Assembly: GCF_041956535.1 (NCBI RefSeq)
Contig: NW_027192213.1
Location: 120,480 to 184,479 of the forward strand
From: Calcarisporiella thermophila CBS 279.70
Taxonomy: Eukaryota; Fungi; Calcarisporiellomycota
Length of the DNA: 64,000 nt
Reading direction: 5' to 3'
In this document: positions 12,581 through 25,071 of the stretch, in pieces
How the letters are laid out: every line of letters begins with the position of its first letter
Numbering within the stretch: the stretch's first letter is position 1
The notes under the pieces: generated by a model
Database searches by the model: none
Told to the model about the DNA's origin: nothing
What the model saw: the letters and a program-made list of their open reading frames with translations, nothing else
Position numbers and translations under genes: made by a program

Positions 12581-14503
12581 ATGACAAAAGCAATTGGAAT
12601 TGACTTGGGAACCACCTACTCATGCGTGGGCGTTTGGCAGAATGACCGGACCGAGATTATCGCCAATGACCAAGGGAACCGCACAACGCCCTCCTACGTT
12701 GCATTCACCGACTCCGAGCGCCTGATCGGCGATGCGGCCAAGAACCAAGCAGCCATGAACCCGGAGAACACCGTATTCGATGCGAAGCGTCTGATCGGCC
12801 GTCGTTTCAACGATCCCGAGGTTCAATCCGACATGAAGCACTGGCCATTCCGCGTCGTCGACCGGAAAGGCAAGCCCTACATCGAGGTCACCTTTAAAGG
12901 GGAGAAGAAACAGTTCACTCCCGAAGAGATCTCGGCCATGGTGCTCACCAAGATGAAGGAAACCGCCGAGGCCTATCTTGGTGGCAAGGTGACCAATGCC
13001 GTGGTGACGGTGCCCGCCTACTTTAACGATTCTCAGCGCCAAGCAACCAAGGACGCGGGCATGATCGCAGGACTCAACGTGATGCGTATCATCAACGAAC
13101 CGACCGCTGCCGCCATCGCGTACGGGCTCGACAAGAGGGCCAAGGGGGAGAAGAATGTGCTCATCTTCGACCTGGGGGGTGGCACCTTTGATGTGTCGCT
13201 GCTGACCATCGAGGAGGGCATCTTCGAGGTCAAGGCCACGGCCGGAGACACGCATCTGGGAGGAGAGGACTTCGATAACCGCCTGGTGAACCACTTTGTC
13301 CAGGAGTTCAAGCGCAAGTACAAGAAGGACATCAGCACCAACGCTCGGGCCCTCCGTCGCTTGCGGATCGCGTGCGAGCGCGCTAAGCGAGCCCTCTCCT
13401 CGGCGACGCAGACCACGGTGGAGGTGGACTCGCTGTACGAAGGCATCGATTTCTACACCTCGATCACGCGGGCCCGCTTTGAAGAGCTGTGCGCCGACCT
13501 GTTCCGCACCACCCTCGAGCCCGTGGAGAAGGTGCTCCGCGACTCGAAGATTGACAAGTCGCAGGTCCATGAGATTGTGCTCGTGGGGGGGTCGACTCGC
13601 ATCCCAAAGATCCAGAAAATGGTCTCCGACTTCTTCAACGGCAGAGAACCTTGCAAGTCCATCAACCCGGATGAGGCCGTGGCGTACGGGGCCGCCGTGC
13701 AGGCCGCCATTCTGTCCGGCGACACCTCGGAAAAGACTCAGGACTTGCTGCTGCTCGACGTCACCCCGCTCTCACTCGGTATAGAAACGGCGGGCGGCGT
13801 CATGACCAAGCTGATCAACCGCAACACCACGATCCCCGTGAAGAAGTCGGAGATCTTCTCCACCTACGCCGACAACCAGCCCGGCGTGTTGATCCAGGTG
13901 TACGAGGGCGAGCGTGCGCGCACCCGGGACAACAACCTCCTCGGCAAATTCGAGCTGACGGGGATTCCGCCTGCGCCGCGCGGCGTCCCCCAGATCGAGG
14001 TGACTTTTGATGTCGACGCCAACGGTATCATGAACGTCTCGGCCGTGGACAAGACCACGGGGCGCTCGAACCAGATCACCATCACCAACGACAAGGGCCG
14101 GCTCTCGAAGGAGGAGATCGAGCGGATGGTCTCGGAGGCCGAGAAGTACAAGGCGGAGGACGAGGCCATGGCGGCGCGCATCCAAGCTAAGAACGGGCTC
14201 GAGTCCTATGCCTACAGCCTGCGCAACAATCTGCAGGACGAGAAGATCAAGGGCAAGATTCCGGACCAGGACAGAACGAAGCTGGAGAAGGCCATCGAGG
14301 ACACCATCCACTGGCTCGACGGGAATCAGGAGGCCGAGCGCGATGAGTTCGAGGACAAGCAAAAGGAGCTGGAGAAGATTGCGAATCCCATCATGACTCG
14401 TATGTACTCCGGCGGCGGCGCTGCCCCAGGCGGATTCCCGGGCGCTCACGCGAATGGCGATGCCGGTGGTGACAAGGGGCCGACCATCGAAGAGGTCGAC
14501 TAA
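12581..14503 (+). CDS. HSP70: Cytosolic Hsp70 (Ssa-type), intronless
   Basis: [38 protein letters not shown] and C-terminal GPTIEEVD; 640 aa. Confidence 0.98.
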   Translation: MTKAIGIDLGTTYSCVGVWQNDRTEIIANDQGNRTTPSYVAFTDSERLIGDAAKNQAAMNPENTVFDAKRLIGRRFNDPEVQSDMKHWPFRVVDRKGKPYIEVTFKGEKKQFTPEEISAMVLTKMKETAEAYLGGKVTNAVVTVPAYFNDSQRQATKDAGMIAGLNVMRIINEPTAAAIAYGLDKRAKGEKNVLIFDLGGGTFDVSLLTIEEGIFEVKATAGDTHLGGEDFDNRLVNHFVQEFKRKYKKDISTNARALRRLRIACERAKRALSSATQTTVEVDSLYEGIDFYTSITRARFEELCADLFRTTLEPVEKVLRDSKIDKSQVHEIVLVGGSTRIPKIQKMVSDFFNGREPCKSINPDEAVAYGAAVQAAILSGDTSEKTQDLLLLDVTPLSLGIETAGGVMTKLINRNTTIPVKKSEIFSTYADNQPGVLIQVYEGERARTRDNNLLGKFELTGIPPAPRGVPQIEVTFDVDANGIMNVSAVDKTTGRSNQITITNDKGRLSKEEIERMVSEAEKYKAEDEAMAARIQAKNGLESYAYSLRNNLQDEKIKGKIPDQDRTKLEKAIEDTIHWLDGNQEAERDEFEDKQKELEKIANPIMTRMYSGGGAAPGGFPGAHANGDAGGDKGPTIEEVD

Positions 14504-14777
14504 GGGTCTCAATAGAGAGTAGAGGATATGGAACCCATCTCTTCCATCTTCCCCTGCTTTGTGTGCCAAAAAAACTAAATCTTTTGTTATACTATATCAT
14601 CATCCATTCATCCATACTTGTCTCTTTTTATCCATTTCCATGTACATAATCATCCTCTTATATAGTTCTTGTTGCTTATGGTATATAGCTTGTAGATATG
14701 ATGATCGGACAAAGTGTATTGAAATAAAAATATAAATATTATAAATGCAAAAAAGAGCGAACCATCTTTATTTTCAT

Positions 14778-16791
14778 CTAATCCCGACAAAGCAGAAGCA
14801 CATCACCCTGTCTTCGCTTGTCATCATGAAAATCAGAGTTGAAGTACCGTTGGCACTAACAAAAAAAAGTGTCCCAGGAGGGGTAAAGTTAGTCACGGAG
14901 AACGGAGCAATCCACGTTTTCTTTTGAGCCCTTACCTCACGATACCCTTTTGTTTCAAGGAGGTGTTTGACTTTGCCATCGCTTCGTGAGAGCAGCTCCT
15001 CAAAAATGACTAGGCGATGCGGCCACCAACGCTGCGGGTTCTCTCCGAGTCTTTGTTGTCCCCCCTTGACCTCTTTCCACTCGACGAGTCTTGTCCGTAG
15101 GAATTCGACCGGATCAGCATAGAACTGGTCAGCCTCGTCAAGATAGTGCGATGCTTTGTTGTGCGCCTCCAAGGGCGGTTCGCACGTCAAAAACCACATC
15201 GGAATGGGTTTGTGGAGCGATGCATAGAAGGGGGTCGAATGGCAAGGCATGAGAAATCCAACACTTTCGCCTGTTCCGGCGGCGTGCTCCCGGAGCTCAT
15301 GCATGACATCAAGCACCCCGCGTTGGTGCCGCAAAGCCATGTAGAGCCCCATTGGAACCTGGGTGAGCACCAGTAGAACAATCCAGTATCGGCGATGTCT
15401 AGGATGGGAGAGGGAGAGCGACAGCCCGGCGAAGGCGAGAAGCGGAGGCAAAAGCGGGTGCACGAATCGGAATTCCTTGTGGGGAAGGACACTGTAGAGC
15501 ACTACGGTGAATCCCACGAGGGCCACCATGAGTTTTGCCGCGCTTGTGCTGCGAGGATGGGGGGCAGAGCAAGCAAGACGAATGCCGTGCAACGCGGGAA
15601 ATAGCAGGGTCAAACATAAGACGGGTACTCCCTGGGTTACATACCAATGCCACGAGTGTACTCCATAGAAAATGGAGATAGAGCGAAAGACATTCACCTC
15701 CAGGAAGTGGTAGGGCGTGAAGAGAATTTCGCCATAGAACAAATAGTCAATCCCAACGAGCATTGCGAGCGCAAAAAACCTATTTCAACGAATATGAGAC
15801 CTGGTATGAGGGTGCAAAGAGGCAAATTGGGGCCAATTACATGATTATAGAAACGTTGAGAAGAATGGCCATGGTGTGGTGTCGGTGCCGGTGGAGGAGC
15901 TCGAGGCCCAAAAAACCCCACACCAGCGCATTGGTTGGGCGGAGCATGCACGAGATGGCCGCCCAGAAAAGGGCCATCCGAAATCTGCTAAGGCATTGAG
16001 CAGAGTGTGAGGTATAAACCATGGTTTCTTCTGAAAAAGAAGGGGACATTTACTGCATCCTCAGCCCTGATTCCGAACTCCATGGCCAGTAAAAGAGGGC
16101 CAGCGCCGTGAAAATGGCTTCCATCGAGTTGGAGAGGGTACGCACGAGGTGGTAGAAATTAAACCAGGATATGACGGAGGAAAAGAGCTTTGTTCCAGAA
16201 AAGGGTTTCGCTCCGTGTTAGCAAGCGCAGCTCATCAAAGTTAGGATATAAAAGGATAGTTACGGTCCACCGGGCAGCATTTCTTCCGAAGAGAATATCC
16301 GCTAGCCGATATGTCGCGTATTCGCCTATTCCGGCCAATATCCCTTGCAAAATCTTTGGACCCAAGAACTGTAAACAAAGGCACATTAATAAAGTCCGGG
16401 CCATGATCATAAGCCAGTGTGTCTTCACTACCAACAACTTCGTCTGGTCCAGCCGCAACACGTCCAATAATTTATATACTCCCGCAAACAGCAAAGGATG
16501 CGCGAAGCTCCTTATTTTCTCCCGCCATTCCCACGTCAAATAACCATAGCCAAAGACTACCCAATGGGCCACCTCCAAGCTCTGCCAATACTCATCTGGC
16601 ACCGATTGCGTGCGTATCACGAGCGCATTGGCTACTCGAAAGACAATGAGCAGGAGGGGCAATCTATACGAAAGAAAAAATGGAGGAGCGACGAATTGCG
16701 ATGCTTGTGAAGAGGATGAGGAGGTAGGCGAAGAAGGTGGTCTCGAAGACGGAGGGTTGGGCACTACAGCGCGATGCCTCAGCGAGGACAT
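14778..16791 (-). CDS. GPI10: GPI mannosyltransferase 3 (PIG-B/Gpi10, GT22), multi-exon
   Basis: PDEYWQSLEVAH..FGYGYLTWEW, RTLSNSME, RPTN, HKEFRF, HQRG, FLMPCHSTP, FLTCEPP, YLDEADQFY; last exon FNSDFHDDKRRQGDV. Confidence 0.93.
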
Positions 16792-17061
16792 TCTAATGGG
16801 AAGCGTTGGCGGGATGGGGGTCGAATGCCGAATCTTTGCAATTCACAGAACAGCAGTCACATAGCAATAGGTCAACTTTAATTTATTATAGTCAAAATAT
16901 AGTGAATATTCTTTGAGAGCAGAAAAAAAAGTGGTACGAAACAGCTTAACAAATAGGAGAAGGTGAAACAAAAATTCTATCTGAGATAAATGAAGAGGGT
17001 CGATCTACCCCGACGTATGTTTATTTCGTCTACTAGAGTTCATAGTATGGCCATCCGCCGT

Positions 17062-17896
17062 CTAAAGCAAGCATGCCAGAATCACGATAACCAAAAGCGA
17101 AGCACCCGCTCTGAGGGTGGTGGCGGAGCTTGTGGTCACGGACGCCGAGGGTTTAGCGCTTCCACTGGCCGAGGGTCCGAGAGGCGGGAATCCAGAGCCA
17201 GAGGCAGACGGGAATAGACCGCCCGTGGCGGCTGTCGAATTCGCGGCTGAGGAGGGGCCTGCGGCACTCGGAAGGCCGTTGACTCCAGTCGTGGGTTTGG
17301 CTCCAGGAAGCAGCGCAGTATTTGTTCCGGCAGTTCCAGTTGCAGCATTCCCAGGAAGCGGCTTGCCATTGGCATCGATCGTGAAGAAATGGCTGTAGCA
17401 GAGATTAGGTGCATTTCCGATTTCCAAGGCATAGTCCGAGCCGGGGGGCAAGTCTACCATGGGAAAGGCAGGGGGGGATCAGTAAAAGAGTAGCAGGTAG
17501 AGCAGGCACCATGATTGAAAACTTACTGGCTGGGACGTTCCAAGTGAAAGTTTTCGCGTTGTTGTCAATGCTGGGATTGATGACGGCTACTTCTTGCATC
17601 GCAGATGCCAACCCCTTACGCAACTTAATGGTGACCTTTTGGGCGTTGCCTCCGGGAATCCTTTGTGGCGGAACACAAACACAAAATGATTAGATTTGCA
17701 AACCAAAACATCCTCTAGGATGTTGAAGATGCTACCAATTGATGACCCCCTTATCGCCCAATTTCCATGCTGTCCCGTCGACGGGGTTCGTGATGGAGGG
17801 ACACTGAGGGGCGGGGGCGGCTGGAGGAACTTGGGCCGACGCAAGCTGGGCGAGGGCAAAGAGGGTGGCGGCCACTTTGAAAGCAGAGAACATCAT
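17062..17896 (-). CDS. Ser/Thr-rich GPI-anchored cell-surface protein (Kre9/Knh1-like N-terminal domain), 3 exons
   Basis: Signal peptide MMFSAFKVAATLFALAQLASA; ITNPVDGTAWKLG..INW; IKLRKG; FTWNVPA..LPPGSDYAL; YSHFFTI; S/T/A/G-rich stalk; hydrophobic C-terminus. Confidence 0.8.
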
Positions 17897-18314
17897 AGCA
17901 CTGATGAAGGAGCGGAAAAGAGCAAAACAAAAAGAAAGGCAAAAGCAGGGATGAAGAACAAGAACAAGAGCAAGAAGAGGGAAAGAGGATGCGTAGATTG
18001 CAGTAGAGAACTAAGGGATGAGATGGGAGCAAGGAAGCCAAGGGGAAAATCCGAGTACTTAATTATAGCAGATTAATCTGCATAAAAGAGACGCCGCCGC
18101 CCAATCAGGGCGGCCCAGGGGGAAGGTCGGTTTTACACAAGGGGACGATAATAAAGGCATTTAGGGAAAGGTTTCAGACAAGCGCCTGAAATGTTTATTA
18201 AACAAGTACTAGAGGCGAGAGGCGATGATGAAAGGGCGGGAGGGTGTGCATCTAGAGCAAGCAAATGGATCGGGACCCAAACCAGCGCTGATCGGATCAG
18301 TCTTGCCAGCGAGG

Positions 18315-19838
18315 CTACGAGTGCATCCCGAAGATGCGAAGATTGCCCAGATGCGTGCCGTCGCTGGACGCGTCGTCTCCGGCGTACGCTAGGTAGTACC
18401 GGGACGGGTGCCATGAAACCGTGTTGATGGCTGCAGTGCACGGGATCTTAAACACCGACAGCCCGGTCTCCACATCAGACTAAGGAAGCCCGCATGGGCG
18501 AGAGGATGAGTATGGCTCATTAGAGGGAGGAGGGGGATTCAACGGGTCGAGGGCGCTACTTACGATATCGATGACCAGGTCTTCCGATGCTGATGCGAGG
18601 AACCGCCCGTCGTGACTGAAACTGATCGTTCGCACTGGCCAGCTGTTGAAACATCATTAATCTCTCGGTCGCCACTCGTAAGACATGACTGACTACTTAC
18701 TCGAGCTGATCTATGGTTCGAAGACAGGTGAACTCTTTCATGTCCCACAGGCTCACCAGCGAGTCCGCACTCCCCGTCGCCAGATATCTATTTCGGAGAG
18801 GGCGGGTAGAAAAAACACTCAAACATGCCTGTGCACCCATGCTTTCGTGGCCACTTACCTCCCAGTAGGGTCCAGCTCCAGGCAATAGCAGTTGATCCCG
18901 TGAGCCCGAATGGTGTGTAAAAGCTTGAGAGAGGGGTACTCGAGAACCTTGACAGTCCCTTGGCCCGTAGTCATGAAGAAGAGATCCCCCTTCTTATTCC
19001 ACGTGATCTCGTTTATCTATTGGAGAGAGGGGAGGTCAGAGATACGACGGTCAAGCGCCATAGGATGCGACGTGTTCATTTTAGTACCTCGACATTATTT
19101 TTGAGTGTTTTTTCGATTTTGAATGTCTGCGCATCAATGAAGTTGATGACGTCCTCCTTATTGCCTACTGCTATCTTGGTCCCATCCGCGCTCCAGCAAA
19201 TATTGATATTTTCCCCATTGGTCTGAATGATGTGATTGCACTTTGCCTCTATAGCATATTCTCTTAGCACTAGTTCCCATCGCAAATGCCATTGTGCGGC
19301 TCTACTTACGTCTTTGGTCCCATATTCTTACCGTGCCATCACAACTTGCAGTCGCCAGCCGGTCTGGATGGGTAGGATCCCAGCGTAGCTGGTCTACGCT
19401 ATCGGTGTGGCCTTTTAATTCATACGAATACCGTACATCTGTCTGTAGCACAAGATACAGTAAAAAACAGGATCTATCTTGATTTTTTGCAATAGCATAG
19501 ACTCACCCCTCGATCGGGCGTCCATATTCTAACCGTTTTATCGACCGATCCAGAGGCAAGCTTCCTGCCCTCACAATTCCAGTGAACTGTATGGACTTTA
19601 GACTTGTGACCTCGGTACTCCTTCGTTGTGCGATTGCTGAAAGATTTATGGACCTGATTCGAATCATGGTTAAAAAAATGCATGCTTTCTCCGGAAAATG
19701 ACGTACCCTCTGTAGATCGGGAGGTAGCTCGTCAACTTTAACCACCTTACGCTTCTCCTCCTCTTCTTCTTCCTCCACTACTGCATTTCTAGGGTCATCG
19801 AGCTGCGATGTTGTGCTCTTCTGATCTACACCCGGCAT
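18315..19838 (-). CDS. TEX1: THO/TREX complex subunit 3 (Tex1/THOC3), WD40 protein, multi-exon
   Basis: GHKSKVHTVHWNCEGRKLASGSVDKT, GHTDSVDQLRWDP, GENINICWSADG, NEITWN, YLATGSADSLVSLWD, WPVRTISFSHDG, VSWHPSRYYLAYAGD. Confidence 0.9.
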
Positions 19839-20205
19839 TTTGCTGGCAATGTTAAAGGCAAAGGGAAATCCAAAATCGAGATTCTTCAGCTGTGCCACCG
19901 GTTTAATAGTCAAAACAAGCGAATCCCTTTTACCCATATGGCAGTGTATTTTCAGTATATTTTATTTTTTTTAGATCTTTTCGAATATAATCCTCGTTTT
20001 TTTCCTCAATCGCTTCCCAATACACTTGATTCCAGCGTTATTACAGAAAGTTGCCTTTAATATCCCAGAGACTCTCAAGATCTCTCTCGTTCCTGACTAA
20101 TTTTTTTTTGTGCTTAGGCGTCTGAGCCAAAGGTATGATCTAATTATTAAACTTAATTGGGATGATCGGTTGTTAATTGAAATACCATTTAGTGTAGCCC
20201 CAATC

Positions 20206-21850
20206 ATGCCTCGACGCAAGACACAGCAGCGTACTCCCACTCCTGAGCTTTTATCCCCCACGGCCACCCCTACTTCTGGTGCGATCAGCACTACCGTTTT
20301 TAACTCCTCTTCTGAAGGAGATCTTGTCCCATCTAATGACCAAGTCGTGCTGCCAAAACGCCCCTTGATGAATCGATCGGTACCAGCTTTTTTGAACAAG
20401 CTATACAAGTATTACCGACGTTTTTCAGCAAAGCTCTCTTCATGTTTTTGGTAGCTAACCTTTTTTTTTTATTGAAAGTATGGTCAACGATCCTACTACC
20501 GATCCTCTTATTCATTGGGCAGACGACGGTGCTTCTTTTCTAGTCACTAAGCCTGAAGATTTTGCTAGAGAAGTGCTCCCGAAGTTCTTCAAACACAACA
20601 ACTTCTCGAGCTTTGTTCGCCAGCTGAATATGTATGGGTTCCACAAGGTGCCCCATCTACAGCAAGGTGTTTTGCAAGCGGATGAGGATGCAGAACGATG
20701 GGAGTTTAGCAACCCGCACTTCCAGCGAAATCAGCCGGACCTTCTGTGTCTCGTTCAACGCAAGAAGGGTCGCGATTCCGATGATAGAGATCCGAACACC
20801 GTTGATTTGCAACGCATCCTAAACGAGATCGCCACTATCAAGAAGCACCAGCTACTCATTAGCTCGGAGCTACAGGATATCAAAAAAGAGAACCAGACAT
20901 TATGGCGAGAGAGCCTGACCACGCGCGAACGCTATAAACGCCAACAGGATACGATCGATAAGATTCTTCGGTTCTTGGCGAGTGTGTTCTCATCCACACA
21001 GAAACGAACCACCATTGTTCCGAAGAAAAGACTGCTGCTGGGCGACGTGGACACGGATTACGGTGTAGATAGCCAAGAGAAAGAGCATCAAGACGAGGGA
21101 GCTTCCAACATCTTTGATGCGGTGACGCCGCAAGAAGATGAAGGCCCACCCCATAAGCGGTTGAACAAGGCAGATCTGGTATCGAGCTCGGTAACGGCAG
21201 ATGTGAGCAAATCCGCCCCAGGTAAATTGTGCATTTCTTCCCTGATAGTATAGCATTCGACCTTTATCCCTCCTCTAACCAACTCTTTAGCCACCAAAGC
21301 CGAGTTTCCTCTGGCGTTAAGTCCGACCTCGGAGAAGGCTCAGGCCGACCTTCTCAGTCACTTGAACCTCCCCTCCAATACAGAGACGAACATAAACCCC
21401 GATGCATTGAACCTCACCACCCTACCCCTTGATTTCTCAGGCACCCTGAGCGGATTGCAGGGTCTTGACCTCAGCGGGCTCGATCTCGCATCGATCGCTT
21501 CCATCGCCTCGCTCTCGGGCCAGGGCAACCACAATAACAGTGGTCTAGCCACCACCGCCGTCGATAGTCCCTCTGCTGCCGGTGATAGTGCCACCAGCTC
21601 TTCCGCATTAATTCTCCCCAACCACAACGCAAATTCCAGCCATCCACACCGAGTAAAAATCGAAGACATGCCAGAGCCCGCGGACACTAAATTCCGGGAC
21701 GTCTCTTCGCTTGACGAGCAGGTGGATAGCCTACAGGCCGATATCGATAATTTGGTAGAGCAGCTAGGCATCGACCCGAGTGCGATATGGGATGACGTAG
21801 AGCTGGAAAAATTGGGTGCGGGTGACTTCCCGACGGGCGCGGGAGAGTAG
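20206..21850 (+). CDS. HSF1: Heat shock transcription factor, 3 exons
   Basis: HSF DNA-binding domain VPAFLNKLY/MVND..LPKFFKHNNFSSFVRQLNMYGFHKV..WEF; HR-A/B coiled coil ENQTLWRE..QQDTIDKILRFLASVF. Confidence 0.93.
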
Positions 21851-22080
21851 AAGAGAAGGAGAGCGTGGCAGGAATTCATATGGTAGTGGACATAAAGGTC
21901 ATCCGTGTTTTACCGAATTAATAACTTTGGAGATTTTTTTCCCCTTCATTTTCTTGCTTTTCGTTTTTTTTTTTTCCTTGTATTTATATATTTTCGTTTA
22001 AAAAAAAATATAATGGAATAAAAGAAAAATCTCACAACTTTCTAGCCAAATAGCATGATTGAAAGCATACCAAGGCAACC

Positions 22081-24424
22081 CTATCGATCCCAGCACTCTT
22101 TTCGGATCACACCAAAAATCTTGTCCTTCAGCCACACGCCCCTCTCCTGTCGGATGTCAAGCTTCTTCTTCCCGCTCGGCGTGGTGATGACAAACTGCAG
22201 CCGTAACTCGCTCTCCTCCGCATCGCCCTTGTGCCCTGCCACCTCCACCACTCGGGCCTCAACCAGCCGCATCTCCTTGTCCCGCGTGATGACTCCGAGA
22301 GCCCGCTCGTCAATCTCTTCGACTCGCCATCTTGCTCGGCCGGCTTCCCCCAACCCCTCCTCTCCACTCTCCACCCCAGCCGGAGGAATGCCTAAGACGG
22401 CATTCCCCACCTCGCATACCAGTCTCAGACACGCTACACTCGCCTCTCTTGAGACGATTTCCTCGAATTTCTCCAGGTTAGTCAAGGCGAGGGGGGCTGA
22501 GGAGGCGGGCAGATGCGCAAAGATGGTCAGCGAAGTGCCAAGGGTAAAGCGCAACCGTGAACTGCCGAGTTTGACGAAAATGACATGGTACACTGGGCTT
22601 TTCTCCTGTTTCTCCTCCAGGCTCCCCGAATAAATACGGGGCAGTCCTTCAAAGTGGAAGCCCACCTCCATCCCCAGCCGCCTATACGGCTCGAGCGCTC
22701 TCCTGATGATGTCACGCACGCGTTCACAGAAGATCCCATATCGCAAGAGTTGCAGAGGCTGTACGAAGACGAGAGGGGGAGACTGCAATTTCGAAAGGTC
22801 TAGTTTGCCGGACTGGAGGACTCGTTTTTTGCGTTGAGCAAGGGTGAGGCGATGATGACGGCGAAGCATGAGTTGCATGGCGAGTTTGATGATAGCGCAG
22901 GAGGCAGAGGGGTATGAATAGGGTGTGCTAGCGGGAGCTGGGGAGAGGGTGGAGGGGTTGGATTTGACCCAGCGTAGAATTAATTCAGAGTTGGCGTCGA
23001 CTTGGATAGCGATTTCGTTTTCGGAGATACGAGTACTGCTTGAGGATAAGCCTTTGGCTTCCTTTACAACCTGATAAACAGACCAAAAAAAAAGCCATCA
23101 GTAATCGAGTTCCCGCGGAAAGGAGCTATTTCAATTTGCCTCTTGCAGCAGCTCGGTTTCGAAAACAGTCGACTGGGCAGCTAATAGTTGATGGTGCATC
23201 GAATCTTCATCGTAGCTCTCCGCATCTCTCAAGCATACTTCAGATATAATGTATATCGTTAGTGAAACGCGGTGAGAATAAGAGGCAAGCCATGCAAACT
23301 CTACCCTCTTCTTCTTCCTCAACCTGTCCAAATAACCCCACAATGGAGTTTCGCTTCTCGTTGACTTTGTTTTGTTGTTGTTTTGGATTGAGATGATTGC
23401 TGAAGGTAGAATATGCATTCTGTACGAGCTGTATCCTGAGGTGCCGGCGAACTGCATGCGGAAGAGCGAGTTGTATTTTCTCCTCGTTTTCTATGGCACG
23501 GCCAACTTCCCCTATGGTGCGCTCGCGAATAATCTCGGCAAACGTAGACTCATTGAATGTGGAGCCTACCCATTTCATGCAGGTGGTCATTAGTAAAATA
23601 GTAGGCGAGCCTCAATCATTTTCCTTACCAAAGCCGAATCCATACTGTACAAAAAATTTCCCAGTCGGTGCCCCGGGATAGCTTCCAGGTCCTATAATGA
23701 TCCAATTGTCACGTCGGAGCTTCAGGGTTTCGTCCCAAAATCTCTTCTCTCTATCCACAACCCTCTCGAGCGAGTCCGCCGACCCCAGTAATAGATCGGC
23801 AGCCTGCGTCAACTGTTTTCGTTTTCCACCCATCCCAAGCCGAAGCCCTTCAAGCTGGGCACGCACGCTTGGCTTTGGCTTTTGGATATAGGTAGAGTTG
23901 ACAGTATTGGGCGCCAGCGGGCCCATGGTGTGAGACGAGCCGTACGGCTTGGATTGAGCAAGCAAGATGTTCACCACATCAAGAGCAATAGATATCTCAT
24001 TACATGCCTGGTTGAGTCTCTGTAAAACGGTCCCTCTCATCTCGCCCACTAAGTCTTTCTGTGGGGCACCGGGGATTGGAGTGGCCGAGGATTTGGACGA
24101 ATCGTATGCTATCAGCGTCGACGATACGGATTGTTGATCATTGGGGGAGGAATCGGGTGCTTGGGATTTGAGTTTTGTCTGGGTGATAAATTTGAGATCG
24201 CCGCGTTCGCCCCATATGCGATCTATGCTTTTGCTAAGCTGGTGGGCAGCATTCTCCTCTCTGGAATTGAATCAACAAGATTAATGATGCATCACATTGT
24301 AATCAGTGGAAAACGGTGCATACTCCTTGTATATTTCCTCGCCAGTTTCGGTAATATCATATGTTTTGGAGTCGCTTCGCGTTTCTATGGTTAGCTTGAG
24401 CCGCTTGGGCAACGATCCATCCAT
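22081..24424 (-). CDS. MED17: Mediator subunit 17 (Srb4), multi-exon
   Basis: N-terminal YDITETGEE; EISIALDVVNILL; EKRFWDETLKLRRDNW; FFVQYGF..VGSTF; LQEAN/QRLILNE. Family assigned from recalled motif pattern. Confidence 0.75.
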
Positions 24425-25071
24425 CGGAACGACTATACCGTATTTCTTAATACGCTAAAACAGATAATTTTATTGAGACGCGATAGCTGAGCCAAGCCAC
24501 CCTCTGTGTCCCATTCCATTTGATAGATCGACTGCAACGCGCATCCTATCTTTCTAACCGTTCCTCACCTCATGAACCCAGTGATTATCTCATTTTTCTC
24601 TTCATTTGTATAGTTATTTACGCTTATTTACACATCTGTAATCTTAACATCATCCGAGTCGAAACCATATAAATAATCACTTTCTGATTATTAGTCGACC
24701 TTGTAAGTAATCTCCACACGGACTCTGGCCTCTTGCCACACTGAGATTTTTCAATCTTAATGAGTTTCGTGCATGGTGCCAATAGAACAATCTTTCAATG
24801 TTATTTGAGAAGAGACTGGAGAAGCCCCATTCGGTTTCTCTAAGTGCCCTAAGGAAGCTTTACTGATGCTGTTTTCTACCTCTCTCTCCCAATAGCCTTA
24901 TTTATTGCCTCTATGCTTTTCTTGGACAGCCTCAAGTTCACCCTGCTTTGATGAATACGACTCCATAGGAAGAATATAACTGAGCATCCATCCATATCAA
25001 TCATCTTGCCTCTCCACCCTCTTTCCTAATTTACCCTTCCTCTTCATTCCCCTCTTCCAATTTCCCCTTCA

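Noticed and set aside
12620-14569. Long antisense ORFs (316 aa, 265 aa) opposite HSP70
   Set aside because: An expected by-product of strong GC3 codon bias in hsp70 genes; no independent coding signal.
12581-21850. HSP70-HSF1 proximity as a functional heat-shock cluster
   Set aside because: Three unrelated genes lie between them; chance linkage cannot be excluded without synteny data.
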